Shown in pieces: positions 62,752-64,000 of a stretch of DNA of 64,000 nt (position 1 is the first letter of the stretch; every line of letters starts with the position of its first letter). Under the pieces are notes generated by a model. It searched no databases. It worked only from the letters and a program-made list of their open reading frames with translations, and was not told the origin of the DNA. A program made the translations under genes and the position numbers. The stretch is from Fistulifera solaris. Taxonomy: Eukaryota. The stretch lies in contig AP026156.1 of NCBI GenBank assembly GCA_030295235.1, forward strand, positions 1 through 64,000, given 5' to 3'.

Positions 62752-64000
62752 ATGTCGCAAGACCAGGTGATCGAGCTATCCGTCGAGGAAACAAATGCAC
62801 TCCGCCTGCGGTTGGGCCTAGCTCCCTTGCGCGGAACCTATTCACATCCATTGACGACAGCTTCAACTGCGGACTCAAAAGAAGCCGTGCTTGAAATGTC
62901 GGTGGATGAATCGAACAATTTGCGTGCCCAGTTGGGCTTACCGCCGCTGCGAACCTCTGAAAATGGAAAAGTCATTCACGCACCCGCCGTTAATGACGCA
63001 CAGGCAACACAATCCGCTGAAAGGATCACTGCAGCAAAGTTACAACGAGAAGTGCAAGAAGGAATATCAAAATTTACTCAAAACAAATTGGAAGAGAACT
63101 CTACCGCCAAAGCCTGGGCTGCTAAAATGCGGTCTAAGAAATCCATAGACGAGGTGGAAGCGACTCCGACGACTGCGTCCTCTTCCAGCATCAACCAACT
63201 ACAACATAAAGATAGAGACCTCGAAGGCTTACAAGTAGTGCATGGTGTCGATGAGCTAGTGGAAGGATCGACAACTGTCTTGACACTTTCGGATGTGTCG
63301 TTGCTGCAACAGGACGAACATCGTAAGGTCGTAGGTCTCAACGATGAAGAGCAGCAACTTGAAAATGTGCAACTCGCCGAACGGCATAAAATAGAAAAAG
63401 GTCTGAAGGAAAAGCGGCGTGTGGAAATGGGTATGGGCCGAGCCGGTGGATATGCTGGCTTTGATGACGATGAGTTCGAGGAACTAGGGGGGCCAAGTCA
63501 AGCGATGGGACCGAATTCGACAAAGACTCGAAAACGCAAAGGCTTTCAAATTGGGGCTCATTGGAATACAGAAGACGATGAACCGGACTTATTTGCAGCC
63601 GAGAAAGGTAAAGCTATTTCGCTTGAAACGAAAGCTGATGTAACGGCTGCGGATTTCATGACGGCCGAGGAGGAAGCCCAAGTGGAAGCAATAAAGAAAG
63701 CCGCGTTCAAGCGAAAAGACAAGAAAAAAAGAGAGAGAAGAAGTCCAAACGTAAGGCTTATGACAGCGAGGATGAAGTAGAGAATGAGGCGACGGTTAGT
63801 AGTGACCCAATCTTGGCGATAGAAGCCGTGACCGCACACAAGAAGCGCCGTCGCTCCAATAGTGAAGAATCTGAGAAAGGGGGAGACTCTGAGGTTCAAC
63901 AGATAAAGGCTACCAAACGCAACAAATATGAGGCTGCTCTAGAGCGAGGGAATTCGCGGACAAATCAAGTGTTTTCCGCACCCAAGAAACCAGTAACACA
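62752..64000 (+). CDS. SART1: U4/U6.U5 tri-snRNP protein SART1/Snu66, 3' truncated by window
   Basis: Two HIND motifs (LSVEETNALRLRLGLAPL and MSVDESNNLRAQLGLPPL), plus DLEGLQVVHG, VLTLSD and LENVQL. Confidence 0.9.

Overview
Eukaryotic nuclear DNA from a diatom, most likely a raphid pennate. The evidence is the 18S/28S signatures, ASAFAP-type plastid presequences, nuclear psbU and short GT-AG introns. Many genes carry scattered 1-nt frameshifts, which suggests an unpolished long-read assembly, so CDS limits are approximate. In order, the window holds an alpha/beta hydrolase, a divergent plastid FBPase-like gene, four OSCA/CSC1 channel paralogs (two pairs diverging around psbU, acnB and a GT90), and two GT61-like paralogs. 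It then holds a W-rich repeat membrane protein, two unknown membrane proteins, HPPK-DHPS and one isolated 18S-5.8S-28S rDNA unit. The last part holds an LST8 pseudogene, a sulfotransferase, a Lin0512-family gene, ETHE1, a TrmK-like methyltransferase, a thioredoxin reductase and the 5' part of SART1/Snu66. Highlight 1: the thioredoxin reductase is a selenoprotein (Gly-Cys-UGA-Gly-UAA) with a SECIS candidate, a separate 19-bp hairpin that buries the true stop codon, and a spliced N-terminal glutaredoxin-like CGFY domain missed by the ORF track. Highlight 2: a dispersed ~220-bp intergenic repeat family carries a conserved hairpin with a variable loop (7 copies), and one unit lacks exactly the 27-nt hairpin module. 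Highlight 3: the FBPase homolog has substitutions at catalytic residues and is a probable pseudoenzyme.
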